DNA of 36,511 nucleotides from Planctomycetota bacterium (GTDB lineage: Bacteria > Planctomycetota > Phycisphaerae > SM23-33), in the NCBI GenBank assembly GCA_021160865.1, contig JAGHBS010000126.1, positions 1 to 36,511 of the forward strand, written 5' to 3'. A model generated the notes under the pieces. That model did not search any database and was not told where the DNA came from. It saw only the letters and a list, made by a program, of their open reading frames with translations. How positions within the stretch are numbered: position 1 is the first letter of the stretch; each line of letters starts with the position of its first letter. Positions 1-10,149 of the stretch are shown here, in pieces. Position numbers and translations under genes: made by a program.

Positions 1-264
1 GGTATATTGTGCCTGCAACGTCTCAAGGGCAGCGGCATTGTTTGTGAGTACCTTTTGGAGAAAGTCTAACACAGATTTTCCGGTAAAGATGAATCTTCCC
101 ATGTGGGAAACATCGAATAAACCAGCACTTTTCCTTGTAGTTAGATGTTCCTTGATTATCCCTGCTGGGTAGTTCAGTGGCATTTCCCAGCCAGCGAAGT
201 CAACCATCTTGGCACCGAGTTGAACGTGCTGATCATAAAGGGTGGTTCTGTGCAAATCAGTCAT
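1..264 (-). CDS. gcvT: Glycine cleavage system T protein (aminomethyltransferase), N-terminal 88 codons; the gene continues past the window start
   Basis: Not in the ORF track because it runs off the edge. The reverse complement from ATG 264..262 reads MTDLHRTTLYDQHVQLGAKMVDFAGWEMPLNYPAGIIKEHLTTRKSAGLFDVSHMGRFIFTGKSVLDF... This matches the conserved GcvT N-terminus (LYD.H..LGAKMV.FAGWEMP, GLFDVSHMG). A GGGAGA Shine-Dalgarno lies about 10 nt upstream. Confidence 0.85.
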   Translation of the reverse strand, partial: MTDLHRTTLYDQHVQLGAKMVDFAGWEMPLNYPAGIIKEHLTTRKSAGLFDVSHMGRFIFTGKSVLDFLQKVLTNNAAALETLQAQYT

Positions 265-342
265 TTGTATAAAATCTCCCGTGGATTGTACTCAAGCGCT
301 CTGCTGCGAATGAACGACGAAGCTTTGCACACGAAAGGCACT

Positions 343-370
343 ATTATAGATTCATCTTGCAAGCAGGCAA
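343..370 (-). promoter_or_regulatory. Candidate sigma70-type promoter for gcvT
   Basis: The minus strand reads TTGCCT (370..365), a 16-nt spacer, then a perfect TATAAT (348..343). This is about 75 nt upstream of the gcvT ATG. Confidence 0.35.
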
Positions 371-613
371 GGCTTTTCCACTGGTTCATTCCTTTTTCTA
401 ACATTGCTAATATGTTCAATTCACAACGAGGGCAAGTTATAGAGGTATCTTCTCGGATAGATACAATTAGACGCTTGACAGGACGATTAATGATGCCTAC
501 TATCATTGCTGCTTCAGATAATTTTCATTGATACTGTAAGATTATCGTCGAGTTTGGTTCTTTGAGTTTCTGCAAGTGCAAGGTAGTAGGGTGAAGATGA
601 AGGAAAAAAGATT

Positions 614-1684
614 ATGAACAAACCTTCCCGCGTAATCGTTATATCGGTTATTATTGCGTTCCAATTTTTAATGACGGAGTCTGTCGAGGCTGCTGTTCCC
701 ACGATAGAGGACCTTGAGAAAATCACCGTTATCGGCCCGTTACCTGCGTCAGTCCGAAAGAAGATGGAGGAGTATATCGGCTACTATGTCAATCGAATGA
801 AATCGGTGAAGAGTTTTAAAGAAGTTATCCAGGCTCGGAAAAGGTTGATTAATGGCTATAACGTTCATAGGTCATCGTACTGGCAAAGTGGGTATGCAGC
901 CATTTGTGCAGACCGCATATGCGCCCTTCTGGATATTCCAGATGCAGCCAGGCAGGTTCAAGCGGCTATAACATTGGCAAATATGCCCCAATACACCATT
1001 CAGCCAGCCATTGAAAAGATGGCGAAGCATTCCAATCCTGCAGTGCGATACTGGGCTGTAAGGGCATATAAAGCCTCCATCAGACGGATGGTCCTTTATG
1101 ATGCCAGGGCAGAAAAAATGTTCCAGACACTCAAATGCCTTGGAATGAATGATTCAGGTTCAATTCTGATGGCCGTATTGCGCTGCCTTACTCCATATCC
1201 TGACATGGATGAAAAAACCATTAGCACCATGAAATCAATTTTTGACGAAATCTGGCTGGCGAGATGTAAAGATGTTTATGCTGGTAAGGTCGATGTAATC
1301 CAGACGTATCACAAGATGGTACGATTTCTTATTCCCTTTAGTGAGGCAGATAAGAAGAGGATTTTGCAGCTTCTCGCCGACGCCCTCGAGGCATCTTCGT
1401 TAGGGCTCATTAATGCGACTAATCGCAAAAGCTTAGCCACGAAACGGCTAATGGAACTACTTATCGCCTTGGAAAATAAGTTAGCAGATATTACCGCAAC
1501 AAATGAGACACCGATTTTGAAGATACTGGATGAAAAAATCTCGCCGATGGAAAAGGCAATCAAGACACGCTTGAAGGTAAACGAATACTGGAAATCCATT
1601 CTTGCCAAGCATGGTATCAAATTGCGTTTTCATGCCTCAAAGAAAAGTACAACAACCAAGCCGACAACCTCGCCAAGTAGATAA
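614..1684 (+). CDS. Hypothetical secreted protein with a HEAT/PBS-lyase-like repeat
   Basis: 356-aa ORF with an N-terminal signal-like segment (MNKPSRVIVISVIIAFQFLMTESVEA). It contains a HEAT-like motif (HSNPAVRYWAVRAY). It is helical and Lys/Leu-rich with a Thr/Pro-rich tail. No family-specific motif was recognised. Confidence 0.6.
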   Translation: MNKPSRVIVISVIIAFQFLMTESVEAAVPTIEDLEKITVIGPLPASVRKKMEEYIGYYVNRMKSVKSFKEVIQARKRLINGYNVHRSSYWQSGYAAICADRICALLDIPDAARQVQAAITLANMPQYTIQPAIEKMAKHSNPAVRYWAVRAYKASIRRMVLYDARAEKMFQTLKCLGMNDSGSILMAVLRCLTPYPDMDEKTISTMKSIFDEIWLARCKDVYAGKVDVIQTYHKMVRFLIPFSEADKKRILQLLADALEASSLGLINATNRKSLATKRLMELLIALENKLADITATNETPILKILDEKISPMEKAIKTRLKVNEYWKSILAKHGIKLRFHASKKSTTTKPTTSPSR

Positions 1685-1789
1685 TAGTAATCGCTATTTT
1701 CGATTTGTCGCCCAGTAGCAGTAAAATGTAATGATGGGTATGACTAAAAGTTTCTCAGATATGAGCATAATATCGATGATACAGGAATT

Positions 1790-3685
1790 ATGAAGTATTT
1801 CTATGTAATAGCCTTATTAATTACCGTTGGCCTTGCCCTGTTGCCGATGACCTACTTACAGGGTGAGGGAGAGGACGAATATATCGGTAAGGTTGTCAAT
1901 TATACTACATACGGCGCAACGGTCAAATCGCTTGATCCTGCCACCTGCGGCGACGTTACCTCTGCCGTTATTCAAGGGAATATTTATGAAGGGTTATATT
2001 GGTATCATTATCTAAAAAGACCGCTGGAGATAGTTCCACAATTAGCGGATGGCATGCCAGAGATTTCCGACGATGGTTTAACATATACAATCAAGATAAA
2101 GCGAGGTGTGAAATACTCACGTAATCCGTGCTTTGGCAAAAATCCCGACGGTACCTATAAGACCAGGACAGTTCGGGCAGCGGATTTTGTCTTGGCATTC
2201 AAGCGGGTTGCTGATTACCACATCAATACCGGCTTAGCGTGGGCGTTTTTGAGCGGGCGGATTGTGGGTCTGGATGAATGGCGCAAGAAATCCAAGTCAT
2301 ATCCTGCTGGTGATTTTTCGCGATATGATTTACCCGTTGAGGGTCTAAGGGCGCTTGACGATTATACTTTTCAGATAAAACTCCGCAAAAAGTTTCCGCA
2401 AATGATGTATGTCCTTGCGATGCACGTTTACGCCCCGATACCACGTGAGGCAGTGGATTATTGGCTCGGCACGGAAGATGATGGTAAGGGTGGCCGACGT
2501 CCTATACCTATAAATAAACGTGTGTGTGAGTTTCGCGATTACAGAATGGTTGTCGGAACCGGTCCTTATATGTTCAAAGAGTTTGTCAGGAAGAACCGAA
2601 TTGTGCTGGTGCGGAATCCAGATTTTCGCAATCAGTATTATCCCACCGAAGGTGCACCGGGCGATAAGGAAAAAGGATTGCTTGCTGATGCGGGCAAGAA
2701 AGTACCGTTCATCGACGTAATAAGATACGATTACGTAGCAGAGTCGTACTCAGCCTGGATGCGGTTTTTGACCAGACAGACGGATAGCTGCGGTATTCCA
2801 AAGGAAGTTTTCAAATCGGTAATCACGCCAGGAAAAAAACTCGGGGAAAAATGGCGAAAGAAGGGGATAAGGTTATACACTTATTCACCGCCGGTGGTTT
2901 ATTGGCTTGTCTTCAATATGGAAGACCCTATTGTCGGGGCGAGTAAAAGTCTCAGACAGGCGCTCTGCTTGGCGTACGATGTGGAAAACCATATCAAGAT
3001 TCTTTATAACGGCAGAGGCAAAAGAGCTACCAATATCCTGCCAAGTTTGTTCAAGGAACATGATCTTGCAGGCCCCGGGCCTTATTATCGCCTCGATCTG
3101 CAAGCCGCCAGGAAAAAACTCGAGCAAGCCAAGAAGGAGTTGGCAAGGCAGGGTAAACTCGTTGACGGCAAGATTCCCCAACTACGGCTCGATTTGCCGG
3201 GCAACGATCGTGCTGCATACCGAATGGGTGAGTTTGCCCAACAGCAGTTCAGGAAACTTGGCATCGATTTGAAGGTAATCGGTAATGATTGGGCTACACT
3301 ACAGGAAAAGGTGAATAATAAGCGATGCCAGATATACACGATGGGCTGGCATGCTGATTACCCTGATCCAGAAAATTTTCTCCAGTTGTTCTATAGCCCA
3401 AATATCGCAAAAGGAACTAACAATGCCAATTATTCTAATCCGGAATACGATAGACTTTATGAGAGGGCACGAGTGCTGCCAGATTGTCCTGAGCGACGAC
3501 AATTATATGTAAAGATGGTAAGAATAATCAGCGAGGATTGCCCGGTACTTCTGTTAAGTGAACCGATTTCTTTCTTTCTAACATATAAATGGATGAAGAA
3601 TATCAAGCCGCACCCTGTCGGGTATGGCTATACGAGGTTCAGACGTATAGATACTGTCCTGCGGAAGAAGATGGGCGGGAGGTGA
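1790..3685 (+). CDS. ABC transporter substrate-binding protein, family 5 (peptide/nickel, OppA/DppA-like)
   Basis: 631-aa ORF with a signal peptide. It has family-5 SBP-like blocks (LDPA..., NIYEGLY, RNPDF, GWHADYPDPENFL). It is followed by two permease genes and two ATPase genes. Confidence 0.88.
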   Translation: MKYFYVIALLITVGLALLPMTYLQGEGEDEYIGKVVNYTTYGATVKSLDPATCGDVTSAVIQGNIYEGLYWYHYLKRPLEIVPQLADGMPEISDDGLTYTIKIKRGVKYSRNPCFGKNPDGTYKTRTVRAADFVLAFKRVADYHINTGLAWAFLSGRIVGLDEWRKKSKSYPAGDFSRYDLPVEGLRALDDYTFQIKLRKKFPQMMYVLAMHVYAPIPREAVDYWLGTEDDGKGGRRPIPINKRVCEFRDYRMVVGTGPYMFKEFVRKNRIVLVRNPDFRNQYYPTEGAPGDKEKGLLADAGKKVPFIDVIRYDYVAESYSAWMRFLTRQTDSCGIPKEVFKSVITPGKKLGEKWRKKGIRLYTYSPPVVYWLVFNMEDPIVGASKSLRQALCLAYDVENHIKILYNGRGKRATNILPSLFKEHDLAGPGPYYRLDLQAARKKLEQAKKELARQGKLVDGKIPQLRLDLPGNDRAAYRMGEFAQQQFRKLGIDLKVIGNDWATLQEKVNNKRCQIYTMGWHADYPDPENFLQLFYSPNIAKGTNNANYSNPEYDRLYERARVLPDCPERRQLYVKMVRIISEDCPVLLLSEPISFFLTYKWMKNIKPHPVGYGYTRFRRIDTVLRKKMGGR

Positions 3686-3693
3686 GCGAGTAA

Positions 3694-4650
3694 GTGGCTG
3701 CTTTTGTCATCAGACGTATTATCCAGTCGATATTCACGATCTTCGGCGTGATGCTTTTGACGTTTGTGTTGTTTAGGTTAGTGGCTGGAGATGTATCGGC
3801 ACAGTACGTCAATCCCCACCTTGGTAGAGAAGCAAGAATCACCTGGCTCGAAAGGCACGGACTTAACAAGCCGCTCATAGTCAATTCAAAGTATCCGTTC
3901 TGGAAGAAGAAGTTCTGGGACACGCAATTTTTCAATCACTTCGTCGATTCGATAACCTTCCGTGTACGAAGTTATCAGACTAATGAATTGCTTACTGATA
4001 TCATCCTCAAGCGGGGGAAATACAGTTTAGCATTGACAGTGCCAATAATGGCGATTGGCTGGCTTCTGGCGATGGTGATTTCGTCAATAGTGGCGTACTA
4101 TCGTGACAGCTGGATTGATCGCGTGGGGGTGTTTTTATCGGTGCTGGGGATGTGCATTCCGTACCTTGCATACATGATTATTGGTCAGTGGTTCATGTTC
4201 CAGGTTGCTCCTACTTCAGCATGGGGATTGGGGCATCGCTACAACATTTATGTACCTATAATGATTGCTGTCATAGCGGGGCTTGGTAGTTCTGTGAGGT
4301 TTTATCGAACCATTATTCTCGATGAGACCAACCGTGATTACGTCCGCACCGCTCTGGCTAAGGGGGTTCCTCTGACGGGTGTAATGTTCAAGCATATATT
4401 GAAAAACTGTATGCTTCCTATTTTGACATCCCTGGTGGTATATATTCCGTTTCTCATTATGGGAAGTTTGCTGCTTGAGCAGTTTTTTGGGATACCGGGC
4501 TTGGGGGACTTGATGTTGAGCAGCATAAATGCTCGCGATGTTCCCATCGTAAGTGGTTTGACGTTCCTTGTAGCAGTTTTGTACACCGGGGCACTGTTAC
4601 TTACGGACATACTTTACGCTGTTTTCGATCCACGCATTAGGTTGCGTTGA
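3694..4650 (+). CDS. ABC peptide transporter permease (OppB/DppB-like)
   Basis: 318-aa multi-TM ORF with a GTG start. It has the BPD-transporter EAA-like loop (DYVRTALAKGVP) and the typical C-terminal DPRIRL. Confidence 0.88.
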   Translation: MAAFVIRRIIQSIFTIFGVMLLTFVLFRLVAGDVSAQYVNPHLGREARITWLERHGLNKPLIVNSKYPFWKKKFWDTQFFNHFVDSITFRVRSYQTNELLTDIILKRGKYSLALTVPIMAIGWLLAMVISSIVAYYRDSWIDRVGVFLSVLGMCIPYLAYMIIGQWFMFQVAPTSAWGLGHRYNIYVPIMIAVIAGLGSSVRFYRTIILDETNRDYVRTALAKGVPLTGVMFKHILKNCMLPILTSLVVYIPFLIMGSLLLEQFFGIPGLGDLMLSSINARDVPIVSGLTFLVAVLYTGALLLTDILYAVFDPRIRLR

Positions 4651-4662
4651 GGGATAAGATAG

Positions 4663-5616
4663 GTGGAAGAAGTTTCTGAAGAAATCGTTGAAGAACAGCT
4701 CAAAGGCAAGACACCTAAGGTCGGCAGGAGTCTCTGGGCTGATGCCTATCATCGCCTCAAGCGGGATAAGGTGGCTGTGGTTTGCTTTGCCGTGATTGTC
4801 CTTTATGTAATCATTGCTATCATCTCTTCGTTTCTCTTTCCCAACTGGGCTGAAAATTATGATTATGAGCATGCTAATCTTCCGCCGTCCTGGGAACATC
4901 CGTTGGGTACTGATGATTTTGGTCGGAGCGTTCTTCAGGAAACAATGCTCGGTGCGCGGACATCGCTAACGGTGGGTGTGATGGCTAATATTATATCGGT
5001 TCCTTTGGGGATGTTGCTCGGTGCAATTGCAGGGTATTATGGTCGGTTCATCGACGATTTTATCGTCTGGCTTTATACTACCTTGGCAAGTGTGCCTGGG
5101 ATAATTCGACTTATTGCGATAAAGTTTGCATTTCAAGATGTGGTACTCTTTGCCAACACGCCTTTTGAGATGGACTTGGGCGGTGGAATGAGCGGGATTT
5201 ACATCGCCTTGGGCGTAATGAGCTGGGTTGGGACGTGTCGATTAGTACGGGCTGAGGTAATGAAGATACGTGAGCTGGATTATGTCTTGGCAGCTCAGGC
5301 TATTGGGACGCGTCGGATAGTTATACTCTTCCGCCACATCATGCCGAATCTATTGCACATCGGAATAATTCAATTTTCGCTGGGGATGGTCGGAGCGATA
5401 ACGGCTGAGGTAATCTTGAGTTATTTAGGTCTTGGTGTCGGAACAGGGGTTCCCAGCTGGGGCGTGATGATCTCTGCTGCAAGAATGGATTTGGTGGTGG
5501 GCAGATGGTGGGAATTGTCATCGGCAGTGGGAGCAATGTTCATCATCATCCTGGCGTTGAATATCTTCGGCGATCGGCTTCGCGACGCCCTTGATCCGAG
5601 GTTGAGAACTGCATGA
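4663..5616 (+). CDS. ABC peptide transporter permease (OppC/DppC-like)
   Basis: 317-aa ORF with a GTG start. It has the OppC-type N-terminal TM plus [13 protein letters not shown], an EAA-like loop ([11 protein letters not shown]), and a C-terminal DALDPRL. Confidence 0.88.
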   Translation: MEEVSEEIVEEQLKGKTPKVGRSLWADAYHRLKRDKVAVVCFAVIVLYVIIAIISSFLFPNWAENYDYEHANLPPSWEHPLGTDDFGRSVLQETMLGARTSLTVGVMANIISVPLGMLLGAIAGYYGRFIDDFIVWLYTTLASVPGIIRLIAIKFAFQDVVLFANTPFEMDLGGGMSGIYIALGVMSWVGTCRLVRAEVMKIRELDYVLAAQAIGTRRIVILFRHIMPNLLHIGIIQFSLGMVGAITAEVILSYLGLGVGTGVPSWGVMISAARMDLVVGRWWELSSAVGAMFIIILALNIFGDRLRDALDPRLRTA

Positions 5617-6656
5617 GTGAAAATGGGACAATTTTGAACGTTCGAAACTTACGAACACATTTTTTCACCGCACAGGGGCTCGTAAGGGCTGTTGATGGGG
5701 TGAGTTTTGCTATCGGCAAGAAACAGACCTTCGCATTGGTAGGTGAAAGCGGCTGTGGGAAATCGGTAACCGCTTTAAGCATAATGAGGCTCGTTCCTGA
5801 TCCGCCCGGAAAAATCGTTGGTGGAGAGGTACTGCTGGAAGGACAACCCTTGACCCGACTTACCGAACGGCAAATGCGTGAAATTCGAGGCGGGCGAATT
5901 GCTATGGTCTTCCAGGAGCCGATGACGTCGCTCAATCCCGTATTTACCATTGGCAATCAGATACTTGAAGCCATTTATCTACATCAGAAATTATCTCGTC
6001 GTGAAGCGCGTGAACTTGCGATAGGGATGCTCAGGCAGGTTGGCATTCCGTCCCCTGCGCAGCGGCTTAAAGAATATCCACATCAACTTTCTGGCGGGAT
6101 GAGGCAGCGAGTTATGCTCGCTATGGCGTTATCGTGCAATCCGGAACTTCTTATCGCCGATGAGCCGACCACCGCGCTTGACGTGACGATTCAAGCGCAG
6201 ATTCTCGACCTGCTCAATCGCATCAAAGCTGAGCGGGCGTTGAGTGTGCTTCTTATCACGCACGATCTTGCCGTGGTAGCTGAGACTGCCGATGTTGTTG
6301 GTGTGATGTACGCCTCGAAAATCGTTGAAATCAGCGATGTAGAGACAATTTTTACAAGCCCGCTGCATCCATACATGCAAGGTTTATTGCGTTCAATTCC
6401 CCGACTTGGTGCCAGGAAAGAGCGGCTCGAGACCATCCCGGGCAATGTCCCGAACCCACTGGATTTTCCATCGGGATGTAAGTTTCATCCTCGTTGCCCG
6501 ATAGGTAAAGATTTAGAGGTATGCAGGAGGGAAGAGCCGGAGTTGCGCGAAGTTGCACCTATGCACTGGGTTGCTTGCTGGAAATGTCCTGGTTATGAAG
6601 ATGCCAAGCCGACCAATCCGTCTGATAAGCCGATTCCGTATAGAAGGACTGAATGA
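5613..6656 (+). CDS. ABC peptide transporter ATP-binding protein (OppD/DppD-like)
   Basis: Walker A GESGCGKS, signature LSGGMRQR and Walker [13 protein letters not shown]. It has the C-terminal oligopeptide-type Cys-rich extension (CKFHPRC...). ATGA overlap with the upstream permease gene. Confidence 0.92.
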   Translation: MSENGTILNVRNLRTHFFTAQGLVRAVDGVSFAIGKKQTFALVGESGCGKSVTALSIMRLVPDPPGKIVGGEVLLEGQPLTRLTERQMREIRGGRIAMVFQEPMTSLNPVFTIGNQILEAIYLHQKLSRREARELAIGMLRQVGIPSPAQRLKEYPHQLSGGMRQRVMLAMALSCNPELLIADEPTTALDVTIQAQILDLLNRIKAERALSVLLITHDLAVVAETADVVGVMYASKIVEISDVETIFTSPLHPYMQGLLRSIPRLGARKERLETIPGNVPNPLDFPSGCKFHPRCPIGKDLEVCRREEPELREVAPMHWVACWKCPGYEDAKPTNPSDKPIPYRRTE

Positions 6657-7717
6657 TGATTGAGCAGGCGCGGGATGATTTGTTGGTCAAGGTTGAAGGT
6701 CTTCGAACGTGGTTTCCCGTTCGGGGCTGTCTTTTCAGAAAGCGTTATGTACGTGCGGTCGATGGTGTATCGTTGAGTATCCCACGCGGGAAGACCCTGG
6801 CAGTTGTCGGTGAGAGCGGTTCGGGCAAGACAACGCTCGGAAGGACAATTCTCGGACTTATTCAGCCTGTTGATGGTAAGGTCTTCTTTGACGGGATAGA
6901 TATATTTTCCTTATCGCGGCGACAGATGCGACGGCTCCGTAGGCGAATGCAGATTATCTTCCAGGACCCTGTAAGTAGTCTCAATCCGCGTATGATTGTC
7001 GGCAGCATCATCGCTGAGCCGCTGAAAGTGCATCATATTTGCAGCACACGCCGGGAGCGAAACAAGAGAGTGGCTGAATTGCTGCTGCGCGTCGGGCTTG
7101 AACCATCTCACGCTGCAAGGTATCCACACGAGTTTTCAGGTGGTCAGCGCCAGCGAATTGGTATTGCCCGTGCTTTGGCATCCGAGCCTGATTTTATCGT
7201 CTGCGATGAGCCAGTAAGCGCTCTGGATGTGTCAATCCAGGCTCAGATTTTGAATCTTCTAAAGGACCTACAGAATGAGTACAATCTTACATATGTCTTG
7301 ATTGCACACAATCTTGCGGTAGTCGAGCATTTTGCCGATATCGTTGCGGTGATGTATCTCGGTAAGATTGTGGAATTGGCTGATCGTGATGAATTGTACA
7401 GCAATCCCGTCCATCCTTATACGGCTTCGCTTTTGTCAGCCGTTCCTCGCCCCGAGCCTAATCGCAAGAGAACTCATGTAGTATTGACCGGTGAGATGCC
7501 TTCGCCGATAAATCCTCCCCCAGGCTGTGCATTTCATCCGCGATGTCCTCTGACCCGTCGGATAGCTGCTGGATTATCTGCTGATGAAACTACAGAAGTT
7601 ATCAGTCAGGGCGAGCGCATCAAAGTAATGAAAAGATGTGTCGAAGTATCCCCCTTGCTTGAACCAATGGTTGATAATCCACATCATTATCACGCTTGTC
7701 ATTTTAAGAAAGCATGA
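6653..7717 (+). CDS. ABC peptide transporter ATP-binding protein (OppF/DppF-like)
   Basis: Walker A GESGSGKT, signature FSGGQRQR and Walker [14 protein letters not shown]-terminal CAFHPRCP motif. ATGA overlap with the upstream ATPase gene. Confidence 0.92.
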   Translation: MMIEQARDDLLVKVEGLRTWFPVRGCLFRKRYVRAVDGVSLSIPRGKTLAVVGESGSGKTTLGRTILGLIQPVDGKVFFDGIDIFSLSRRQMRRLRRRMQIIFQDPVSSLNPRMIVGSIIAEPLKVHHICSTRRERNKRVAELLLRVGLEPSHAARYPHEFSGGQRQRIGIARALASEPDFIVCDEPVSALDVSIQAQILNLLKDLQNEYNLTYVLIAHNLAVVEHFADIVAVMYLGKIVELADRDELYSNPVHPYTASLLSAVPRPEPNRKRTHVVLTGEMPSPINPPPGCAFHPRCPLTRRIAAGLSADETTEVISQGERIKVMKRCVEVSPLLEPMVDNPHHYHACHFKKA

Positions 7718-7732
7718 TTAACGGAGGGTATA

Positions 7733-8623
7733 TCATTGATTGACGGAAAGGAGTTTTCGTAAAGACTCTGCCTTCTCTTCGTCAATAGTGCCTTTTTCTA
7801 ATGCGACTTTAACTGTCCACTTCCCCAGCGTGCTATATATATCAGCGAGGTCTTTATCAGCAGCTAATACTTCTTTGAACTGCTTGGCGATGAGTTTTTC
7901 ATCCCCTCGGGCGATTGGCCCGGTTAGCGCCTTGGCCGGGCCGTTCGCGAAGATGTTTTCCAATGTCGCACGGACCAGCGGTTCAAGGGCTGAGAGTGCG
8001 TCGGATGGATTGATCCCCGCTTTTTGGGCAGTAGTGATGGCGGCATCGAGAAGGGCGGTGAAGTAATTGCACGCCATTACTGCCGAAGCGTGGTAGAGCA
8101 GTTTTCCTTCGGGATTGTTGATTCTTACTGGTTTGGCACCGATGGCCGAGGAGAATTTCTCGAGTACTTTCACAGCCACGTCGTCGCCTTCACAGAAGCA
8201 ATATGCTCCGGGCAGCCTTTCAAGCCCGGCTTCGACATTGGGAAAGGTCTGAAGCGGGTGCATCGAACCGATGTGTACATGACAAAGTTCCCTCGCCGAC
8301 GAGAGTATTTCCGACGAAAGGGCACCTGAACAATGGGCTACCACCGCACCGGCTGAAAATCGCTTCTGCTGGGCCAATTGTTGACAGACTGATTCGATTG
8401 CGTCATCGCTTACCGTTAGGAAAACTAACGTTCCAAGCGGTGTGATTTCCTCCAGGCTTCCCGTGGCGATGGGTTGATTGATAGCATCGGCAGCGGCTTT
8501 TGCCTTTTTAGGGTCTCTGGCAGCAATCCCTCCAATACGATAACCTGCCTTATCAGCCAATATCGCCAATGTCTTACCAACCACCCCTGGACCGACAATC
8601 ACTATTACAGGTTTATCTTCCAT
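7733..8623 (-). CDS. Rossmann-fold NAD(P)-binding protein with a DUF2520-like C-terminal domain (possible PanG-type ketopantoate reductase)
   Basis: 296 aa. The N-terminal dinucleotide fold is VIVGPGVVGKTLA. The C-terminal blocks are GSMHPLQTFP, LYHASAVMACNYF and ALTGPIARGD, as I recall them for the DUF2520 family. It is divergent from panB. Confidence 0.7.
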   Translation of the reverse strand: MEDKPVIVIVGPGVVGKTLAILADKAGYRIGGIAARDPKKAKAAADAINQPIATGSLEEITPLGTLVFLTVSDDAIESVCQQLAQQKRFSAGAVVAHCSGALSSEILSSARELCHVHIGSMHPLQTFPNVEAGLERLPGAYCFCEGDDVAVKVLEKFSSAIGAKPVRINNPEGKLLYHASAVMACNYFTALLDAAITTAQKAGINPSDALSALEPLVRATLENIFANGPAKALTGPIARGDEKLIAKQFKEVLAADKDLADIYSTLGKWTVKVALEKGTIDEEKAESLRKLLSVNQ

Positions 8624-8965
8624 AACTCGCTCCAGAAGAATCTTGACGAATGAAGAATATCAGCCTACAGGCTCAATTCCAAGCTGTCAATTTTGACGGG
8701 TTCGCTATTGCAAGTTAATACATGCTTATCAGGCGATGGAATAAAGTCCTGTGTAATAATAGTAAAAATCCTCGAAAATATCCTTCTCAGCAGCAATTTG
8801 CTTATTTGCTCCGTTGATCTCGAGCGATAAAATCAAAATATCGCTGTATTCAATAACTCCATAATGATTGGGTTGCCTCATCCGACTGGCATTGATAGTA
8901 TTGTAAACGAACGCAATTTTCTTCGTTGGATATGTATCTATCAGAAAGATAACGGGAGCAAAAAG

Positions 8966-9829
8966 ATGGCACTGGAGAAGAAAATCACGATAGCGGATTT
9001 AAGGAAGCACAAATCAGCGGGGGAAAAGTTTGCGATGCTCACCTGCTACGATGCCACAATGGCAAGATTGCAGCAAGCAGCAGGGGTGGAGGTTATCCTC
9101 GTTGGAGATAGCCTGGCTGGTCCTGTGCTGGGTCTGCCCGATACCATAGGCGTATCGCTTGATATATCGGTTGCATTGACAGCGGCAGTAAGACGTGGGG
9201 CACCGTTGGCGTATCTGGTGGCTGATATGCCTTACCTTACCTATACCAATCCTGATCAAGCAATTGCTAACGCAGGTAGATACGTCGTCGAGGCACGGGC
9301 AGATTGCGTAAAGGTCGAGTGTGATCGTCGTCTCCTTGAGATAATCCGTGCGATGGCAACAGCCGGCATACCGGTGATGCCTCATCTTGGCCTGACGCCC
9401 CAACGGGTCGGACAGATCGGTGGATACAAGGTAGCAGGGAAGACGGCGGAGATGGCTATCGAATTGATTGAAACAGCTGAAATGATGGTTGAAGCAGGTG
9501 CCACTGCCTTACTACTCGAAGCCGTTCCACCCGAACCGGCGGAGATACTCACAAAGCGGGTTGATGTACCGGTAATCGGCTGTGGTGCTGGACCTGGATG
9601 CGACGGTTTTGTCGTCGTCACCCACGATATGATCGGTCTTACCGAAGGAAAGACTCCGAAGTTTGTCAAGAAGTATGCTGACCTTGCTACTCCTATGCAA
9701 AGGGCGTTCGAGCAATATGTCGAAGAATGTCGCAATGGCACCTATCCTGCCCCGGAACATGGGTATCCTATGAGTGATGAAGAAATCGCTGCCCTAAAAC
9801 AATGGGCAGAGAAACAGAATGGAAAGTGA
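8966..9829 (+). CDS. panB: 3-methyl-2-oxobutanoate hydroxymethyltransferase (ketopantoate hydroxymethyltransferase)
   Basis: The track ORF starts at 8864, but I chose the internal ATG 8966 (MALEKKITIADLRKHK...). That ATG follows a GGGAG Shine-Dalgarno and matches the usual PanB N-terminus. PanB-like blocks present: MLTCYD, ILVGDSL, ADMPY. Confidence 0.88.
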   Translation: MALEKKITIADLRKHKSAGEKFAMLTCYDATMARLQQAAGVEVILVGDSLAGPVLGLPDTIGVSLDISVALTAAVRRGAPLAYLVADMPYLTYTNPDQAIANAGRYVVEARADCVKVECDRRLLEIIRAMATAGIPVMPHLGLTPQRVGQIGGYKVAGKTAEMAIELIETAEMMVEAGATALLLEAVPPEPAEILTKRVDVPVIGCGAGPGCDGFVVVTHDMIGLTEGKTPKFVKKYADLATPMQRAFEQYVEECRNGTYPAPEHGYPMSDEEIAALKQWAEKQNGK

Positions 9830-10149
9830 GCTAAAATAAATGAAAATGAACGAGTGCCAGTGGGTGAGGGTCATGCGATTGATAATAATGATTTGATGGT
9901 TGTGCAAATCACATGGTTTGGGAAATAGAATAAGGATAAAGTCAGTTCATCTCACGAAGACTCAGGTAAAACGATTTGTTTATCAGTAATTAGTAAATGT
10001 TCATCGAAAATTTGAACATAGAAAAACCAATCCCGTATAGACTATAAACGACGGATTATAACATCAGAGAAAGTGTTGGGTTGTAAAATAGTGTTTGAGT
10101 TGTGGAAAGTTGGTTGCACAGGGGACTCTTCTATTAAAGGAGATAAAAA

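Noticed and set aside
145-531. Track ORFs 145..531 (+) and 261..506 (-).
   Set aside because: The first overlaps the well-supported gcvT N-terminus on the opposite strand, and both lie in the gcvT promoter/leader region. Neither has a Shine-Dalgarno or a recognisable motif, so they are likely shadow ORFs.
265-613. Looked for a glycine riboswitch upstream of gcvT, which is the classic location for one.
   Set aside because: The minus-strand leader (about 70 nt after the TATAAT at 348..343) lacks the conserved GGAGAG...ACCGAAGGGGCAA...CUCUGGAGAG-type cores. It is also too short for a tandem aptamer.
8864-8965. The 34-codon N-terminal extension of panB suggested by the ORF track.
   Set aside because: The internal ATG 8966 has a GGGAG Shine-Dalgarno and gives the normal PanB N-terminus. 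The extension has no PanB-like sequence. The same logic was applied to trim the ORFs at 12544, 12618, 15693, 16798, 19704, 22111, 25659, 31601 and 35190.
9997-10131. Inverted repeat ATGTTCA-N9-TGAACAT (9997-10019), and a sigmaE-like GGAAAGTT-N15-TCTTC (10104-10131) upstream of htrA.
   Set aside because: The region is AT-rich, where a 7-bp repeat can arise by chance. The sigmaE-like -10 would place the transcription start inside the AAAGGAG Shine-Dalgarno, only about 15 nt from the ATG, and the match to the consensus is partial.
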